From Chiloscyllium plagiosum (lineage: Eukaryota): DNA of 50,720 bases. The DNA lies in assembly GCF_004010195.1 (NCBI RefSeq), contig NC_057719.1:7843974-7894693 (forward strand), given 5' to 3'. The notes under the pieces were generated by a model that was not told where the DNA came from, searched no databases, and saw nothing but the letters and a program-made list of their open reading frames with translations. Numbering within the stretch: position 1 is the first letter of the stretch; the number at the start of each line of letters is the position of its first letter. Positions 46,861 through 50,720 of the stretch are shown piece after piece. The position numbers and the translations under genes were made by a program.

Positions 46861-48565
46861 TGTGTTTTTAGAGGCCAGGCACTGATGTGTTCAAATCCAT
46901 ATTTATGCCACACAATGAATGATATCTTCCTGTTTATTTTTGATTTAATTTGATTTGAGTTTTAGTGAATAAATAATATCTAAGGAGAAAAAATGCTGGG
47001 CAACTGCTCTGGGAGTCTGAGTCCAGAGGCCCAATTATAACTGGGAGTGGTATGGATGGGTAAGGGTTAGGTGAATAGAATGAGCAGGAAATCTCTGCAC
47101 TGTTAACAAGATGAAAATGTTGGGATAGTGAGCAAGCAGCTCCCAAACTTTCATTAAAAGGAATGAGTGGAATGAGCATGAAGCCTCTATACTATTGTCA
47201 GGATAACAATATGAGGGAGAATGAATGTAAAGTTCCTGTTCTGTTACAAAGATAAAAATTAGCAGGAGACAGTGAATAGTCAATGCCCATATGGTAACCA
47301 ATGTTACTGTTGATGCTGTTCTGACTCCCGAACTTGCATGTCACTTGTTATGTAATCTCAGTTTCATGTGATTAGACTTTGCAATCATTTTGGGAAATGG
47401 ACAGCCCCATCTTTTTTCTCCACTCAGTCAAGAGTTTTCAGACTTTGTCATCAAAATGCTACAAGATAAATTTTCTGATGTCTTCCTGTAAGTCTTAATG
47501 AAAGGTTAGGGACTTCTAGAGAAACTCTGTTCCCCTGTGCTCACTGGAACAACCTAACAATCACCATCCAGCAGGCTAATGAGGAACAGTATCAATGGCA
47601 TCAGCCCTAGAACCTAGCTTAATTGTAGAATGAGATGCAGTGACTTCTGGTGCTGCGGGTAGGGGGTGGGGTCCACATCTTATCTGTCTCTACTGTATTT
47701 TTACCCCTTCAGGTCACTCAAGTTTTCCTTGTGTTCACTGCATCCTTCAGCATACAAATTATTACGAAGAATTTACAGCGTCCTAACAGGCCATTCAACC
47801 CAACATATCTATGCAATGGTTTATGTTCTGCAAGAACTTCCTTTCAATTGTCATCTGACTATATTAGGACATGCACCAATTCCTTTTTCCCTTTCTCCCA
47901 AATGTGTGTCAATGACCTCAAGCACTTTTGTTAGCATGTTCCATATTCTTAACTATAAATAAGTTTTGTCTGGATTTGTTAATTACAGTCTTGGGGGAGT
48001 GGAATTAATTACATACCTAGGACATTGGAATTAATTGTATTAATTACTCTTTGAAAGAGCAAGTACAACGAGGGTGGGCTGCATGGCTCCCGTCTGTGCT
48101 GTACTATGCTGTAATTCTATGACAGAGGTAGTTTTCATGTGTTTCTACTGTTCACTCATAATGTAACATCTTGAGGAATGTCTTTAAGAAATCTTCACTA
48201 TTAAGTTGTTTAATTGTTGTGCACAGATCTCCCATTGACTTTGCTCATGGTGGGTTGATGATTTTGTTGGAAACCGGGATGTTGATGAACCTGGAACCTG
48301 GGATGGATCTTTCCATTTTGAGATATTCACATAGTATTTTGAGAGGGTCCTCCAAGTTTTGTTTCACAATTTCTTTGTGTAGCTTTCAATCTCTGTTTTA
48401 AAGAAGTTACAAAAATGCTCAAAATAAAACATAAAACTTTTGGACTTTACAGCAAGCTTTGATTTAAGTTTTTGTAATATTATGGAGAGTTGGGTGATCA
48501 CTGGTAGATTTTCTTTTTGTTCTCTCTTTGTCTCCTTCTTAAATGTTAAGTTTCATGTCTTGCAG

Positions 48566-48726
48566 TGGCTGGGATTTCAGAGCATGAGAAACAGTTGTTG
48601 GAGAAGCAGATTTTGGAGCTCCGAGCACAGCTGAACTGTAATACTGTGCTTTCTGAGGTGGAAGAGCTAAAACGGTCCCTTGAGAGAAAAGACAAGGAGA
48701 AATCTCAACTTTCTGCACATATTGAG
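48566..48726 (+). CDS. CEP128: Internal coding exon (161 nt, phase 1/0): VAGISEHEKQLLEKQILELRAQLNCNTVLSEVEELKRSLERKDKEKSQLSAHIE
   Basis: TGCAG acceptor ending at 48565, GTAACT donor at 48727. Strong match to recalled CEP128 EREKQDLEKQMSDLRVQLNFSAMASELEEVKRCMERKDKEKAHLASQVE. Confidence 0.92.
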
Positions 48727-50506
48727 GTAACTTTAATGAGCTGAGTGAGTGATGAAGGAGTCTCTTAAAATCTCTGTTGCTGGAAATGCATTACAGAACT
48801 TTAATCAGTTGGATTGAATTTTTGTTTTTATAATTGCACTGTTACAGGTAAATGTAACATTAATTTGAAAAGTGCACTTATTCTGATCCAGTTTGAGGCA
48901 CAGATTTATTCACTGGAAATTACAATGTCATAGATTAATTGTCAGCAGATTTGTCACTCTGCAATGACACATGTCTCTTCCTTTTGAATTAAAAAGGTTG
49001 GATGATATTTGGTGTTTAGTTAATTTGCAAAACAACCCCCTCATGGTCCAACTTAGTGACTAATATTTCTTGCAACTTCCATCATGTGTTTGTAAAACAT
49101 CTTAACCTTTCTGTGTGACCATCAATGTAAAGGTTAGTATGACCCAGAAAGAATTTAACTTGTCATTTGACTATACTGAACACTTTACTCAGGAATAGCA
49201 GCCCTGTAATTTCTTTTAAGCTATAACCCAAATTTGAAGTTATCAATCTCCATTGCTGGAAGTTATTATTCATGTCTCCAGACTTTATGATGTGAAAATT
49301 TCGAGAAATAAAAATGTGGAAGTGTTATCACGCTGTGAACCTGAACACTGGAATTATCCTGAACCTAGCAAGGGTAAGATTTTAAAATTATATTTTGCAA
49401 CATGTACTGTATGTGCACTCAGTTGCATCTAAAGTTGTATAATCCTTCTTATAGTTGTGGTATGCTCAATAAATTTTTTGGTTGTGGCAGAAAAAAAACA
49501 GAGAAAGACTTAGATTTATATAATGCCTTCATGACTTCCGACATCTCAAAGCACTTTATAGCTTCAATGAAGTAATTTTAAGTGCAATCAACAGTGATGT
49601 TGTTGGAAACAATGATTAAATTTATTCTAATCTGGTACAGTACATGTCAGATATTGTACAGCGAAGGTAGAAATTGCTACTCCCGGTGGTATGACTGATA
49701 GGTGCAGTTTAATCCAGACAGTGGGGATCTAGCCCACTGGCTGGGTGCTGCTGAAAACCTCCTTTGGGTAAGACCTACTGTATTAAACCAGAAGCAGACT
49801 TTTCAAGCTTGCAGCTCTTCATTGTAGGTAGTGCCACTGGAAAAGGAATGTGGAAGCCTAACACTATGGAGTGGTTAATTAGATGTACTTGCCACTAGCA
49901 GGTTGCTATCATTCCAGAAAGATGTCCCTACTTACCACACAATTGAACAATGTATGACTTTCAGTGACTGTAATGTCAGGTATGCTAAATGTACCACCAA
50001 CTGGCAGATGGTATCAAATAGCATGTCCTGTTCTGAAGCCACTAGGCAAGTTGGTGCTGAAAATATGAAACTCCTGGCAGACAGTACCCCCAGCCCCGGA
50101 AAAAGGCTTCCCTATATAGGCAAAAGGATCACCAAAAGCTTGCTGGCTCATTTACTATTTCACTACACTATTTACCACTATTTATAGCACTATTTACAAT
50201 ATTGCTTATTGCCTCTCCACAGCTATTTTTCTCTCACGTTGGCTGATTGTGATTCACTCTGAGTCTGGGAACAACAAATGCGAGAGACAACTGCCTGGCG
50301 ACTGTAGGACTTGCTCCTCAGCAATACTTTCCATTCTGCTTCAAGAGGCAATTGGTCCTCAATCAGTCAAGCCCTTGATTAGATTTTCTCAGACATTCAG
50401 CAAGCTATCAGGGAGACTTTGCCCACCACCACTCCTTAGCATTTTTAGCACTGTCCCAAATATGACTTATCTATTAGGGTATACCAAAAGGGGCAGAGAT
50501 GCCTTG

Positions 50507-50720
50507 GTCATAGAGTCATGGAGTCATAGAGACGTACAGCACGGAAACAGACTCTTTGGTCCAACCTGTCCATGCCGACCAAATATCCCAACCCAATCTA
50601 GTCCCACCTGCCAGCACCCGGCCCATATCCCTCCAAACCCTTCCTATTCATATACCCATCCAAATGCCTCTTAATTATTGCAATTGTACCAGCCTCCACC
50701 ATTTCCTCTGGCAGCTCATT
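50507..50720 (-). mobile_element. CR1/HER1 3' end, cut by the window end
   Basis: (catagagt)n-like tail and the same UTR as 39303-39603. Confidence 0.88.

Noticed and set aside
49680..50500. 94-aa and 141-aa ORFs / possible RTE-like remnant
   Set aside because: No diagnostic motif I can support; the end of the longer ORF runs antisense through a CR1 tail.

Overview
Eukaryotic, AT-rich, repeat-dense DNA from a cartilaginous fish. The HE1/V-SINE, DeuSINE, CR1/HER1 and Penelope repeat set points to a shark; a carpet shark is a guess. The window is an internal part of a CEP128-like gene on the + strand: four in-frame coiled-coil exons (22420-22503, 34285-34359, 36079-36205, 48566-48726) separated by introns of 11.8, 1.7 and 12.4 kb, with no further exon recognised in the first 22 kb. 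Almost all listed ORFs are retroelement debris or N-gap artefacts (gaps at about 11012-11510, 26898-27304, 29889-30745). The most striking unannotated signal is about ten Penelope-like element (PLE) insertions whose termini carry minimal hammerhead ribozyme cores: CUGAnGA, an extra A, stem II, GAAA, and a loop-less palindromic helix III. Most are short head-to-head hairpins, and most have 8-15 bp target-site duplications (TSDs). The helices covary between two families, two independent insertions share an exact 5' boundary, and foreign RNA fragments are captured at that boundary. PLE hammerheads as a class are known; the architecture and mechanistic clues at this locus are my reading of the sequence and are untested. 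Family names come from motif recall, not database searches.
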